64,000 bases of DNA from Octopus vulgaris (GCA_951406725.2 OX597842.1:3038001-3102000); one strand, 5' to 3'; counted from the first letter of the stretch, positions 15,039 through 29,316 are shown. A program made the numbers and translations. Notes: generated by a model from the sequence alone, not told the origin.

Positions 15039-15248
15039 GTAAATGTAATAAGTGACAATTATTCGGTAGCCAAGATAAAACTCCGAGTTTCGGATGCCAA
15101 GGTGGAAATCCACGCCGCCATCTTTTCAGTTATCCTGAACATGGCTACCGAATAATTGACACATATTACATTTACAGATAAATTCCTCTATTTACATAAT
15201 ATCGCGGTCTCTTTCTTTCTTTTGTTGACTTACCATTTTTATCAATAT
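15039..15248. mobile_element. Short fold-back PLE-type element with unpaired 3' tail
   Basis: Arms about 15039-15072 and 15141-15175; the tail 15176-15248 recurs inverted at about 42472-42539; encloses a hammerhead motif. Confidence 0.7.
15071..15137 (-). ncRNA. Type I hammerhead ribozyme-like motif (damaged core)
   Basis: CAGGAUAA-CUGAAAA-GAUG..CAUC-C-GAAA-CUC G GAG-UU-UUAUCUUG; 8-bp stem I. Confidence 0.7.
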
Positions 15249-15350
15249 ATATATATATATACATAACCATACCTGCTTGAATATATATATATATATATAT
15301 ATATACATAACCATACCTGCTTGTATATCTCGTGTTTCTTTTCTGTGTAT

Positions 15351-15386
15351 CTTTCTGTTGGAGAGCGTAGGCTCGAAACGTAAAAG
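15351..15386 (+). ncRNA. Minimal hammerhead-like motif, CUGUNGA family
   Basis: CUUU-CUGUUGG-A-GAGC GUAG GCUC-GAAA-CG-UA-AAAG. Confidence 0.55.
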
Positions 15387-15484
15387 ACTTGTTTTATTTA
15401 TATTCCTGAGCGCCATACTAATACAATTGTTTGTTTGTACTCCACCTGCCTTCGTCTTTTGTTTATTTTCATAAAGCTTCCCGT

Positions 15485-15532
<48 letters not shown>

Positions 15533-15552
15533 AGTGTGTATGTGTGTGTGTG

Positions 15553-15860
15553 TACAAAATTAAGAGGAATGACCACTAAAGTGGACACCTAATATGCTAA
15601 ACATAGACGTCAAATCTCCTTTACCACGAAGAATATATTCTGAAGAAAAATCTCAGAAAACGCCAAAATGTAAAAATGAGCAAGACTAAAGGCATTTTTC
15701 TTCAGAACACATTCTTTGTGGTAATGGCGATTTGACGTCTATGTTTAGCATATTAGGTGTCCACTTTAGTGGCCATTCCTCTTAACTTTGTATGTAACAC
15801 AATTTATAATCTTCGGAGATTTTAAATATCAATTGCTACCCTTATTATTTAATTTTATAT
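15553..15860. mobile_element. Fold-back (inverted-repeat) element with 3' tail
   Basis: Arms of about 99 bp at 15553-15651 and 15693-15792; flanked by microsatellites. Confidence 0.75.
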
Positions 15861-15998
15861 ATATGTGTATGTATGTATGTTTGTATGTATGAATGTATGT
15901 ATGTATCGGGAAAGTTTACGAAAAAAAAAAAAAGACGAAGACAGGTGGTGTACAAAACAAATAGATGTATTTGTATAGCGCTCAGGAATAGAAAAAGT

Positions 15999-16034
15999 CT
16001 TTTACGTTTCGAGCCTACGCTCTTCTACAGAAAG
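15999..16034 (-). ncRNA. Minimal hammerhead-like motif, CUGUNGA family
   Basis: CUUU-CUGUAGA-A-GAGC GUAG GCUC-GAAA-CG-UA-AAAG. Confidence 0.6.
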
Positions 16035-16583
16035 GGACACCGAAAAAACAAGGAGAGAAAAAATGCGTGTGGTTGGATAACGATCTATCATGGCCTCTGA
16101 CTGGGACAAAATGTATGTATGTATGTATGTATGTATGTATGTATGTATGTATGTATGTATGTATGTATGTATGTATGTATGTATGTATGCATGTATGTAT
16201 GTATGTATATACATACATATATACGGCTCCCTGCGACTTAAAGTTTAGAGAAAATGTAATAACTCTTCACGAGAAAACATAATAAACCTTTATTGGTACT
16301 TTGATTCTTGAAGCCGATAAGCTATCAATGATAGTACGCAAATATTGGGTCAAAAGAACCCTTTCAATGGAAAAAGTCGAAGTCACTCTTCGACGTTTTC
16401 TATCCAATATTCCAATATTTTCACGTTACCATTTATAGCTTATCTGCTTCATATTCCAGCATTCCAGTAACGCATAATGGATATATAAATGTGTGTGTGT
16501 ATAAATATACACATGTATATATGTATATATATGCATATGAATATATACATATAAATATATATGTGTGTATGTATATATATTTA

Positions 16584-16632
<49 letters not shown>

Positions 16633-16642
16633 TTTACTTTTA

Positions 16643-17031
16643 CTCTTTTACTTGTTTCAGCCATTTGACTGTGGCAATGCTGGAGCACCGCTTTTAGTCG
16701 AGCAAATCGCCCCCAGGACTTATTCTTTGTGAGCCTAGTACTTATTCTATCGTTTTCTTTTGCCGGACCACTAAATTACGGGGACGTAAACACACCAGCA
16801 TCGGTTGTCAAACGATGTTGGGGGGACAAACACAGACACACAAACATATACACACACACTCATGTATATATATATATATATATACATATATATACGACGG
16901 GCTTCTTTTAGTTTCCATCTACCAAATCCACTCACAAGACTTTGGCCGGCCCGAGGCTATAGTAGAAGACACTTGCCCAAGGTGCCACAATGTGGGACTG
17001 AACCCAGAACCATGTGGTTCGTAAGCAAGCT
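16643..17031 (-). mobile_element. SINE family A
   Basis: Reverse complement matches 3585-3999. Confidence 0.9.
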
Positions 17032-17060
17032 ATTCATATACATATATATGTATATGGATA

Positions 17061-17462
17061 GGTGCAAGCGTGGCTGTGTGGTAAGAAGCTAGCTTTGTAA
17101 ACACATGGTTTTAGGTTCAGTCTCACTGCATGGCACATTGGGCAAGTGTCTTCTACTATAGCCTCGGTCCCACAAGAGCCTTGTATGTGGATTTGGTAGA
17201 CAGAAACTGAAAGAAACTTGTGGTATATATGTGTATATCTATGCTTGTGTCTTTTTGTATCTGTGGTTGCCGCCACCACCGCTTAACAACCAATGTTGGC
17301 TTGTTTACATCCCCAAGAAATTAGCGCTTCGGGAAAAGACATCAGTAGAATAAGTGTCAGGCTTTTAAAAACTAAACATGTACTGGGATCGACACATTTG
17401 ACCAAAAAATTCTTTAAGGTGGTACCCCAGTATGGCCGAAGTTTAATGACTGAAATAAGTAA
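17061..17462 (+). mobile_element. SINE family A (older copy)
   Basis: Diverged match to 3585-3999. Confidence 0.85.
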
Positions 17463-17550
17463 AAAAAACAAAGATATGTGACCGCGTGTGTACCGTTGGC
17501 GATTTTTTTTCTCCTCCGTTTTCCCTTCTCTGGATCTTTCCTTTTCCTAT

Positions 17551-17585
17551 GTTTCTGACGAAGAGCTCCGCTCGAAACGTTAAAC
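17551..17585 (+). ncRNA. Minimal type I hammerhead ribozyme-like motif
   Basis: GUUU-CUGACGA-A-GAGC UCC GCUC-GAAA-CG-UU-AAAC; palindromic stem III region. Confidence 0.7.
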
Positions 17586-17639
17586 CCTCCTTCTTCCCTT
17601 CTTCCCTGAGCATCCAATAATACTATATTTATTCCACGT

Positions 17640-18122
17640 CCCTTCTGAGTTCCGTTACCTTCTGAGTTCCGCCGGGATCAATGTAATCGACTTAATCCCT
17701 TTGTCTGTCCTTGTTTGTCCTCTCTGTGTTTAGCCCCTTGTAGGTAGTAAAGAAATAGGTATTTCGTCTGCCGCTTCGTTCTGAGTTCAAATTCCGCCGA
17801 GGTCGACTTTGTCTTTCATCCTTTCGGGGTCGATTAAATAAGTACCAGTTACGCCCTGGGGTCGATATAATCGACTTAATCCCTTTGTCTGTCTTTGTTT
17901 GTCCCCTCTGTGTTTAGCCCCTTGTGGGTAGTAAAGAAATAGGTATTTTGTCTGCCGTTACGTTCTGAGTTCAAATTCCGTTGAGGTCGACTTTGCCTTT
18001 CATCCTTTCGGGGCCGATAAATAAGTACCAGTTACAGACTGGGGTCGATATAATCGACTTAATCCGTTTGTCTGTCCTTGTTTGTCCCCTCTGTGTTTAG
18101 CCCCTTGTGGGTAGTAAAGAAA
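17640..18122 (+). mobile_element. Head-to-tail array of 5'-truncated SINE B units, period 184 bp
   Basis: Units start aggtattt at 17757 and 17941, preceded by a partial unit. Confidence 0.9.
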
Positions 18123-18555
18123 TTGTTAGTCCTATTACTTTCTACGGGTGTCAGCATGGGTTCTATATATGCAGCTACACGGGTGCTTCATACGTAATTA
18201 TCACGTGGCGTCGGCACGGGTACATTTTATGAGGCACCTGCACGTGTGCTTTTAACATGGCACCAGCACAGGTGGTTTTTACATGATGCCGGCAATGACG
18301 CATTTTCCATGACGCCATTCTCTGTATACCAAATCCACATACAAGACTTTCTTTGACCTGAAATAATGGTAAATGACATTTTTCGAAGGTGACAATGCCA
18401 CACAGTGGAACTGAACCGGAAACCCTGTAGTTACAAAAGTGGAACCCTTAACATCAGAGCCTCATTCAATAGGACCGGAAAAGACCCTCAAAGGAAGTGA
18501 GGTACTCAATACATCAATAAAACGATATATTGATACATATACATACATACATACA

Positions 18556-18666
<111 letters not shown>

Positions 18667-18690
18667 TAATGATACATACGAGACTGGAAG

Positions 18691-18785
18691 TGTTACATTC
18701 CTGAAGAATTCATCAGAAAGTTTCTTATGAATTCTCCAGGAATGCAACAGAGCGTGATCTGTAAGAGTTATTAAATAAAACATAT
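18691..18785. ncRNA. Fold-back hairpin carrying split hammerhead-like motifs
   Basis: Inverted arms about 18691-18719 and 18721-18749. Combined reading AACUUU-CUGAUGA-AUUC..GAAU-G(C/U)AA-CAG..CUG-UA-AGAGUU. Confidence 0.5.
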
Positions 18786-18815
18786 ATACACACGTTTGTA
18801 TTCGTGTATGTATAT

Positions 18816-18877
<62 letters not shown>

Positions 18878-19462
18878 CGTGTCTATCTATCTATCTATCT
18901 ATCTATCGATCTTTGTATGTATTGATATATGTGTGCATGTTTGTGCAGTGTGCTGTGCACATGTGTGCAGGGGGCGAGGCGTAACAACCACATGCATTCC
19001 TGCATGCCGAAACATGCGGAAATGTGTTTCACCCCTATTTGCCCTTTAAATAACCAGATTTTTTTGATATTCCAAGGGAATATCAGTCATAAGGACGCAA
19101 AACCGCACCCTACCTACAAAACCACGTGCACACGTGCACACACTGCACATACACACGTGGACCTACACACATGTGAGCATATGGATATATATGCACTCAT
19201 GTTTATATATATATATATACATACACATATGCCTTTTTATCAGTCACTCTGCCTATAGACATGCATATATATATGATAAAGACTCACGTGCCTGCTTCTC
19301 CATGCACACAGACACACATGCACACACATAATCATACATGCACATACAAACGCCTGCGTATGCAAAAATGCGCGAACGTGCTTTTTCTTTGTCTAAGAAT
19401 TGCAGAATATGCTTTTATACAGAGATGACCTAAATTGCAAGCACACACATATATATACACTA

Positions 19463-19509
<47 letters not shown>

Positions 19510-19708
19510 TACACATATGTGAATAATTATATATGTATTTATAAGCATATATATATACATATATATACATATATATATATATGTATTTATATATATATAT
19601 ATATATTGATACAGATGATTAATATGCATATAACATATATAAATACTAATTTCTATATTATTATATATTTATGTATATATATACATATGTGTGTGTATTT
19701 ACACCACG

Positions 19709-19788
<80 letters not shown>

Positions 19789-19793
19789 ACATG

Positions 19794-19828
<35 letters not shown>

Positions 19829-19830
19829 GC

Positions 19831-19902
<72 letters not shown>

Positions 19903-20151
19903 ATATATATATATATATATGTGATTGTGTGTGCATGTGTGTCTACAAATATGAATGCATGCATGTCATTGACGCTAGCTATCAAAGCATATTAAGAGTA
20001 TGGTGGAATGTGTCTCCGAAGCCGTATTTCTAGGTCAACCTCACAGATCACAGCGAAACTATGCTAAGCTGCATATCTGCTGCCTTCTGCATTGCACACG
20101 CTCTGTTGCAGCTTCGAACAAACGCATGCACATGTTCATTATAAATGCACA

Positions 20152-20258
<107 letters not shown>

Positions 20259-20428
20259 GTATGCATTTTTATGTATAGGTTTGTAAATATTTCTGATTTT
20301 GTATGTATTTATACATATTTTGATACAGATGATTAATATGCATATAACATATATAAATACTAATTTCTATATTATTATATATTTATATGTATATATACAC
20401 ATATGTGTGTATTTATACATACATATAC

Positions 20429-20460
<32 letters not shown>

Positions 20461-20499
20461 ATATGCATATGTATGTACGCATATACTTATGTATATACA

Positions 20500-20581
<82 letters not shown>

Positions 20582-20613
20582 TGTATATACATACATTACA
20601 TGCATACATATAT

Positions 20614-20644
<31 letters not shown>

Positions 20645-20700
20645 CAAACACACACATTTACATACACAGAAATATCTGTGCATCTATAATCATACATATT

Positions 20701-20741
<41 letters not shown>

Positions 20742-21318
20742 GTATCATATATATACATGTGTGTGTGTGTGAGAGATATATTATGAAAAAATATCACATA
20801 TATAAAGATGCTTTCTCATTTGTTATATATGTGTAGCTATTTGTGTATATATATATATATATATATATACATGCTCATATATGTGTGTAGGGGAGTGTAT
20901 ACATATATATTCATACTCATAAACGTATATATATATATATTATGCATAAACGTAGAATGCATGTATGTGTGAATACACATGTATTTATAAAAATATATAC
21001 ATGCATCCATATATATGAGCGCACATGCGCACATGCGCACATGCATGCTATATATCTGTATGCGAGTGCGCATATATCTGTGTCTCAGCGTATTTTTGCA
21101 TTAGTCTCTTCTGCTCAATGTCTTTCAGCGTTACTATTTCTACAGATATGCAGCGACTGAAAATGCTGAATAAGCAATTTTTCGCTTTTAATATCGAGGC
21201 ACACAGGTGTGTGCATTAGCCGACGTTCAGGTGAGCATATTTATAAGACGATGCTTACAGCTGCCCATTCATGCTACGCAATACATACTAAAATGTACTT
21301 TCATTGTGTGTATATATG

Positions 21319-21355
<37 letters not shown>

Positions 21356-21430
21356 TTGTATATATATGTATATATACATATATATTTATTTATATATGTA
21401 TATATCTGTATGTATATATATGTGTATAGA

Positions 21431-21487
<57 letters not shown>

Positions 21488-21492
21488 GTATG

Positions 21493-21523
<31 letters not shown>

Positions 21524-21762
21524 GTATATATATATATATAGATTCACAGAAATATATGTATACGTAATACATACATATATATTTATATATTCATATATTC
21601 ATAAATGTATATATGTATATATATATATTCACCCAAATATACTTAATATGTATCTGTATATGTATGTGTGTGGGTGTATATATATACATATACATACATG
21701 CACATACATTTTTTATATGCAGACATATTTTATTTATGTTTACATACATGCATACCCACCCA

Positions 21763-21800
<38 letters not shown>

Positions 21801-21822
21801 TACATATACAGATAGATAGATT

Positions 21823-21870
<48 letters not shown>

Positions 21871-21897
21871 TATAGATAGATAGATAGATAGATAGAT

Positions 21898-21930
<33 letters not shown>

Positions 21931-22779
21931 CAGATAGATAGATAGATAGAAAGATAGATGGATAGATAATTAAGGAAATATATCTAAACAGGTAGATATA
22001 CATACATATCTACATACATACATACATACATACATGCATACATACACATATGCATATGTTTACATAAGTATTTATATGCAGATACATATGTACGCGTGTG
22101 TTTGTGTATATACATACGCATATGTATACATATATATTCATACACACACATGTGTGTGTGTTCATATATATATATCACAAATGCATGTGCATATATATCT
22201 ATATCTGTGTGTTTATGCATATTGATGCATGAGTGAAATTACATATATATATACACACACACATCATTAGTTAACTATTTTCCCTCACACACACACACAT
22301 GCACGCACACACACACACGTACATACACATACACACACCGAACATCATTTGCCAGGTGTGAAAAGTTAAATCTGCTTCAAGTAAAACGGAAGACAATAGT
22401 GAAAGGTGGGAATGTTATAGAAACATGTGTGCGTATATACATACATACACATAGTTTTATATATGTGTCTGTGTGTATATATGTGTGTGTGTGTGTGTGT
22501 GGAGTTTTCTTTTCTACCTTTTGTCTTCATATATCTCTTTCTTTCTCTTCTCTTCCCTGTTGTTTTTCTTTCTTTCTTGTTCCATAATTTTCTCCTTTGT
22601 TTCCCTCCCCCCCACCTTCCTCCTCAGAATCTTCTTGTTTTACCTTCTCTTCATCCCTCCTCCTCCTCCTCCTCCTCCTCTTCCTCTTCCTCTCCGTTCT
22701 TGCTCTCTTCTTTTTTTGTCTTTTTGTATTCCATAAATCCTCATTCACAACAGCGACAATTACAAGCTCAACAAATGCT

Positions 22780-22848
22780 ACCACCACCACTACCACCACC
22801 CATGCTATACTTCTACTACTACTACGAGTACCACCACCACCCATGCTA

Positions 22849-22888
<40 letters not shown>

Positions 22889-23156
22889 GCCACCACCCAT
22901 GCTATACTACAACGACTACTAGCAACACTAGCACTACTACCATCACAACCACCACCACAACCACCATCATTATCATAATTATTACTACCACCATCACCGC
23001 TACCACAACAACGATAACTACTACTACTACTACTACTACTACGACTAGAAGTAGTAGTAGTAGTAGTAGTAGTAATCATTCCTTTTTGTCAGTTTTCCTT
23101 CTTTTCCATTTTCCAGTTCCTCCATCTTATCTTCCTTCTCTACATGCTGCTGCTAT

Positions 23157-23210
<54 letters not shown>

Positions 23211-23447
23211 CACTACGGTAGAAGCGCGTGGCTTAGTGGTGAGAGTGTTGGACTCATGATCGTAAGGTTATGGTTTCGATTCCAAGACCGGGCGACACGT
23301 TTGCGTTCTTGTGCAAAGCCCTTGATTTCCCGTTGCTTCCGTCCACTCAATTAGCAAAAACGAGTTAATCCTGCGAGGGACTGGCGTCCCATCCAGGTGG
23401 GAAACCGGCCCTTATGGGTCTGTATGACTCGAGAAAGTAATTAGATA

Positions 23448-23518
<71 letters not shown>

Positions 23519-23520
23519 AT
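22780..23520. repeat. Compound (CTA)n/(CCA)n trinucleotide region with an embedded SINE C (about 23220-23440)
   Basis: Simple repeats visible; SINE head gaagcgcgtggcttagtggt ... gtttcgattcc. Confidence 0.85.
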
Positions 23521-23749
23521 CTTTAAATGCTCCATCACTATCTTTGCTACAATTAGTACTTTCTAGTTAATTTCGTTATTAAAGGAAGATATGTGGTTCC
23601 AAATCCCTATTTTGGTCTTTTCCCAAGGAACGGAAGAAGTCTTCTTGGAACTGAAGACCTAATATTGGGCTTTACAGCAGAATAGATCGTTATGAAGGTC
23701 CGCCATAGCCGATTGGTGTGGTAAGGGTACCGTTTAAAGGACGTGATGA

Positions 23750-24300
23750 GGTGCAGGCATGGCTGTGTGGTAAGAAGTTTGCTTCCCAAACACATGGTTC
23801 TAGGTTCAGTCCCACTGCGTGCCAAACTTAGGCAAATAGCTTCTCCTTAGACACGGGACGACCAAAACATTGAAAGCGGATTTGGTAGCTGGAAACAGAA
23901 AGAAGCTTGTGTGTGTGTGTGTGTGTGTGTGCATGTATTTGTCGTCCAACTATCACTTGAAAACTAGTGTTGGTTTATTTACATCTCCATAACTTAGTAA
24001 AAGAGACTGATAGAATAGGTGTCAGATATACAGGTAGTGGGGACAATTTGCTTAGTTAAACCCTTCTTTTATGTGTGTGTGTGTGTGTGTGTTTCTATCA
24101 TTGTTTGTATCCCACACTGCTTGACACTGTTGTTGGTTTGTTTACATCCCTCTAACTTAGCAGTTAAGCAAAACCAAGAGAATAAGTGCCAGGCCTAAAT
24201 GAAAAATGCACTGGGGCCTATTCATTTCATTAAAAGTTCTTCAAGGAAGTGCCCTAGCATGGCCACAGCCTAATGACTGAAGCAAGTAAATGATAGAAGA
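23750..24300 (+). mobile_element. Degenerate SINE A with duplicated 3' half
   Basis: ggctgtgtggtaagaagtttgcttcccaa head; two 3'-half-like blocks. Confidence 0.75.
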
Positions 24301-24457
24301 AAGGAAAACAAAGAAATTTATATCAGTCCGCGTGTCGGTATTAATAAGATTCACACGCATACAGCGGATGCATTGATACATTCTTACGCAAGCAAGTACG
24401 GAAGCTAATACTCAAATTTTATGTCTTGCAAAACGTTCTGCAGCGTATCAAAGTATT

Positions 24458-25485
24458 GATGATGGTGGCTGAAGCGGTGGAGGTAGTGGTGGTGGTGGTG
24501 GTGGCGGCTGAGTTGTGATGGTTGTGTGGTGTGGTGGTGGTGGTGGTTGTAGTGGTGGTGATGGTGGTAGTAGTAGTGGTGGTGATGGAGATGGTGGAGG
24601 TGGCGGAGGTAGTGGTGGTAGTGATGGTGGTGGCTGAGGTATGATGGTGGAGGTGGTGGAGGTGATAGTAATGGTGGTGGCAGTGACGATAGTGGTAGTG
24701 GTGGCAGTGGTGGTGATGGTGGTGGTAGTGGTGGTGGTGGTGATGGTGGTGGTAGTGGTGGCGAGGATTAATTAAAACCACAAGCGCAGCCAGTCTACCA
24801 CTACTAATCAAAATCACGCCCACCCACCCTACCCCCACACATACCCATACACAGGACCCCAGCAACAATTGACCTGCGCATCATCATCATCAATATCACC
24901 ATAATCATTGTGAATGCTACCAACGCCATCATCATCATCATCATCATCACAAACACAGTGATTACCACAATTGCAATGATCACCACCACCACCACCACCA
25001 CCACAACTGTTACCACGCCCATCACTGCCATCATCATCATCATCATCATCACTACCTTATTACAAATATTACTATCTCTGCCACCACCATCATCTCTACC
25101 ATGACTACCACCACCAACACCATCATCCCTACCACCATCACCATCACCAACAATAGCAACAACATTACCTCCACTATCCCTACCATGACCACCACCATCA
25201 CCGCTGCCACCACCATCACCGCTGCCACCACCACCACCACCACCACCACTACTACTACTACTACCAAGTACTACCAACACCAACACCAACACCAACACCA
25301 TCAACACCATCAACACCACCAACACCACCACCAACACCACCACCAACCATCAACAGCACCACCAACACCAACATCATCAGCACCACCATCATCATCACCA
25401 TCATCACCACCACCTCCACCGCCACCACGACTATCACTGTAACTACAACTTCAACCACCACCACCACCACCACCACCACTACCAA
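24458..25485. repeat. Low-complexity (GGT)n then (CCA/CAT)n region
   Basis: Visible trinucleotide repeats with a strand switch around 24760-24880. Confidence 0.9.
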
Positions 25486-25899
25486 GTACCAAGCTATAAA
25501 ACTTTTAATTAGATCTAGGTTTATTAAGGTTCGCCATAACGGCACACGGGGACAATAAATTGCAGTCAGTTAATTAAGCGAACATGGCAACGGTCATTAA
25601 GGGACGCTAGTGACCACCTCATCGGTCATTTCAGGCCTTTGTGAATGTAAACCCATTACTGATGTGGCGGTAGTGGTGACGGCGGCGGTGGTGGTGGCGG
25701 TGATCGATCCAGGTTCGGCCCTGAACATGCGAAACTTTTGATCGAAGCCGTTCCATCTTTGATTACCATGCATTGTATACTGTCTTCGTGAACTATGATC
25801 AAAGGCGTTTCAACTGTGACCATCCCATCTTATATTCAGACATAATGCATCTAGGACTACACTGTCTTATGTATAGTATAGTACTTAGTATTAGTGGCT

Positions 25900-26515
25900 A
25901 GGAGGCGCGTGGCTTAGTGGTTAGGGTGTCAGCACCATGATCGTAAGATTGTGGTTTCGATTCCTGGACGGGGCAACGCGTTGTGTTCTTGAGCAAAACA
26001 CTTCATTTTACGTTGCTCCAGTCCACTCAGCTGGCAAAGATGAGTAATGCTACGATGGACTGGCATCTTGTCCAGCTGGGGAACACATACGCCATTGAAA
26101 CCGGGAAACCGGGCCCGTGAGCCTGGATAGGCTTTAAAAGGGCGCATATATTTATTTTATTAGTGGCTATTGTAAAGTATTAGAAGTATTGTGAAGGAAC
26201 GTGGCTTAGTGGTTAAGGCATTCGGCTCATGATTGTAAGGTCGTGAGTTCGGTTCCCGGCGACGCGTTGTGTCCTTAAGCAATTTATTTCACGCTGCTCC
26301 AGTCCACTCAGCTGGCTAAAATTTAGTTGTACCTGTATTTCAAAGGGCCGGCCTTGTCATACTCTGTGTCACGCTGAATATCCCTGAGAACTACGTTAAG
26401 GGTATACGTGTCTGTGGAATACTCAGCCACTTGCTCATTAATTTCTTTCACGAGCAATCTATTCCGTTGATCGGATCAGCTGGGATCCTCGTCATCGTAA
26501 CCGACGGAGTGCCCC
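25900..26515 (+). mobile_element. Two tRNA-derived SINE C copies with different 3' tails (25900-26147, 26193-26515)
   Basis: Shared head tggcttagtggttagg..gttcgattcc and core gttgctccagtccactcagctggc. Confidence 0.85.
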
Positions 26516-26818
26516 TATATTAGTGGCTATAGTTACTGTTGTTTAGCCCCAGGTTAGACCTCATCCAGCAGATCAGTGATCAAAAATGTTCCAGCTGTGA
26601 CCATCCCATCTTTTATTCAGGCATAGTGTATCAAGGAATATTTTATCTGAAGTATAGTATAGTATTTACTATTAGTGACTATAGCTGTTGTTGGCTCCCT
26701 TACCACATTAAGTTTGTTGTATGTTGCTATCCTCACCATTCATGATAGCGTGAAATTTCTACGGCACCTCTTATAAACTGACAAGGCGAGCCAGCTTAAC
26801 CCTGAGCAACCGGGTAAG

Positions 26819-26867
26819 AACCTCTGATGAGCATTAATAAAATTGCGAAATCAATGGTGATCTGGTT
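26819..26867 (+). ncRNA. Type I hammerhead ribozyme, canonical core
   Basis: AACCU-CUGAUGA-GCA..UGC-GAAA-UCA AUGG UGA-UC-UGGUU; predicted AUC cleavage after 26862. Confidence 0.8.
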
Positions 26868-27049
26868 GTGCCCCAGATATTGAAGAAAGTTTGTCTTCCT
26901 CGTCAATCATAAGATAAGTGCTTTATCGTGTCTATGAGTTGTTTTGACTCTTATTTCTAGCAATACTGGAACTAACTTGTACCCTTATTCACTTTAGTGA
27001 CGATTATAGTTCTGTCTTTCGGTTGTAAATTGCAAATAAGACACCTTTA

Positions 27050-27102
<53 letters not shown>

Positions 27103-27173
27103 TATATATACATATATACATATATATACATATATATATACATACATATATATATATATATACATATATATAT

Positions 27174-27204
<31 letters not shown>

Positions 27205-27293
27205 CATATATATATATATATATATTTCATATGTATATATATATATCATATATATATATATTTCATATGTATATATATATATATCATATATAT

Positions 27294-27324
<31 letters not shown>

Positions 27325-27352
27325 CATATGTATATATATATATCATATATAT

Positions 27353-27415
<63 letters not shown>

Positions 27416-27673
27416 TAGGTAGTTAGGGTAAATCCCAGCTGTTTCCTCTTGAAGCAGGTCTACTTATTCTATTATTTCAATCCAATATGTAGTCTCAGTT
27501 GCTGCTGCATGTTAGCTTAAAATAAGTATAAAAATTTAGAATTTTGAAAATATCATTGGCAGAGTTTTTGTATAAAAAAATAGGAGAGAAGAAATGTTTT
27601 AGTACAGAAGAGATAATACCCAAAAATATTTCCAATAGCCTGTTTCTTCTTTTATATATATATATATATATAT

Positions 27674-27731
<58 letters not shown>

Positions 27732-27874
27732 CACATATATATATATACATACGTATATGTATACATATATATACACATATGTATATATATACATATATAT
27801 ATATATATACATATATATACATAAATATACATATATACATAAATATACATATATACACACACATATATATATAT

Positions 27875-27915
<41 letters not shown>

Positions 27916-27980
27916 TATATGTATCTATCTATATATATGTATGTATCATATTTATATATATATATTTTTTTTTTTATTTT

Positions 27981-28161
27981 ATAGAAGGAGCTTCTACAGG
28001 ACTAGAACTGTTTCATTCAAAAGAAATCATCAGAAAGCTCATTTCTTTTGAATGAAACAGTTCTAGTCCTGTAGAAGCTCCTTCTATATAATAAATTAAT
28101 TTACTCTGCTATGTATTGAGTACCTTATTTACTGTGGTTAACCCCGACTCAATCCGGGACC

Positions 28162-28165
<4 letters not shown>
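27981..28165. mobile_element. Short fold-back PLE-type element in (TA)n
   Basis: Arms about 27981-28027 and 28041-28087, then an unpaired tail and (TA)n. Confidence 0.75.
27988..28040 (-). ncRNA. Type I hammerhead ribozyme, canonical core
   Basis: GAGCUUU-CUGAUGA-U UUC UUUU GAA U-GAAA-CAG UUCUAGUC CUG-UA-GAAGCUC; 7-bp stem I, GUA triplet. Confidence 0.85.
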
Positions 28166-28214
<49 letters not shown>

Positions 28215-28393
28215 GAAGTCGACATGATTGACTGCTAGCTCCAAAAGCTCTTCTATTCCCTCTCTGTTTATTTCATCGTTGAAGAGCGTCGGCTCAAAAC
28301 ATGAAAGACTTTGTCACCTTTCCGAGCGTCAAACTAATACACCTGCTCGTTATTTATACACCTGTCTTCGTCTTTTGTTTTTCTGTAAAATTC

Positions 28394-28463
<70 letters not shown>

Positions 28464-28469
28464 CTATAC

Positions 28470-28553
<84 letters not shown>

Positions 28554-28843
28554 CTTCCCAGTAAGGAATCTATATAAATTCTCTACTGGGAATGACCAAC
28601 TTTAAGAGAATTTTACATTGCTTATAAACTCTATATCTGGATGGATTCATATTAAACTCTGTTGGACTTTTGAATTTTACTCAAAGGATATTGGAAGAAT
28701 ATACATATATACCATTATGCCTATAAAACGGATTTACGAATCCAATACCCATACATATCTTACATCTATTTTCTTTTCCTCCACCTCACTCTCTATTTGT
28801 ATCACATCGAAACTAACTATAACTTAATTTTTCCTCTCACACC

Positions 28844-28895
28844 GTCTCCGATGAAGAGATATTATTAATTGATATCCTAGAAACAGCTGTAAGAC
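28844..28895 (+). ncRNA. Hammerhead-like motif, U4C core
   Basis: GUCU-CCGAUGA-..GAUAU..AUAUC..-GAAA-CAGCUG-UA-AGAC; second copy at 63381. Confidence 0.7.
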
Positions 28896-29316
28896 CTATC
28901 TATAACTGCTCTAATATCTATACAGCCTTGGTTTTTTTATCTCATTACGCAAAAAATTATATATATATATATATATATATATTGATTTAGGCATGTGAAA
29001 CCGTTCATCCAGACAAGTTTCATTTTTGTTTTCTCTCCATATTCTGTAGAATAGCATGGGCTCGAAACGACGAAGACTTTTCTATTCTGTTTGAGCGTCA
29101 GAATAATAGACTTATTTTATCGACCTTAAAACGAGGAAACGCAAAGTCGACCTTGAGGGAATTTGAACTCAAAACCTGAAATGTCGCAATGCATTTTGCC
29201 CGGTGTGCTAACGATTCTGCCAGCTCACCGCTTTAAAATTCCATGAATATTGATACGTATAGACAGACATATTCCCAATTAAATAAACACACACAGAGAA
29301 CAGACACTCACCAGTA

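Noticed and set aside
16300-16360. CCGATAA-hairpin-GCAA, hammerhead-like
   Set aside because: Too many core deviations to support.
17640-18122. Regularly spaced repeats resembling a CRISPR array
   Set aside because: Whole units are repeated with no unique spacers; eukaryotic SINE-derived sequence.
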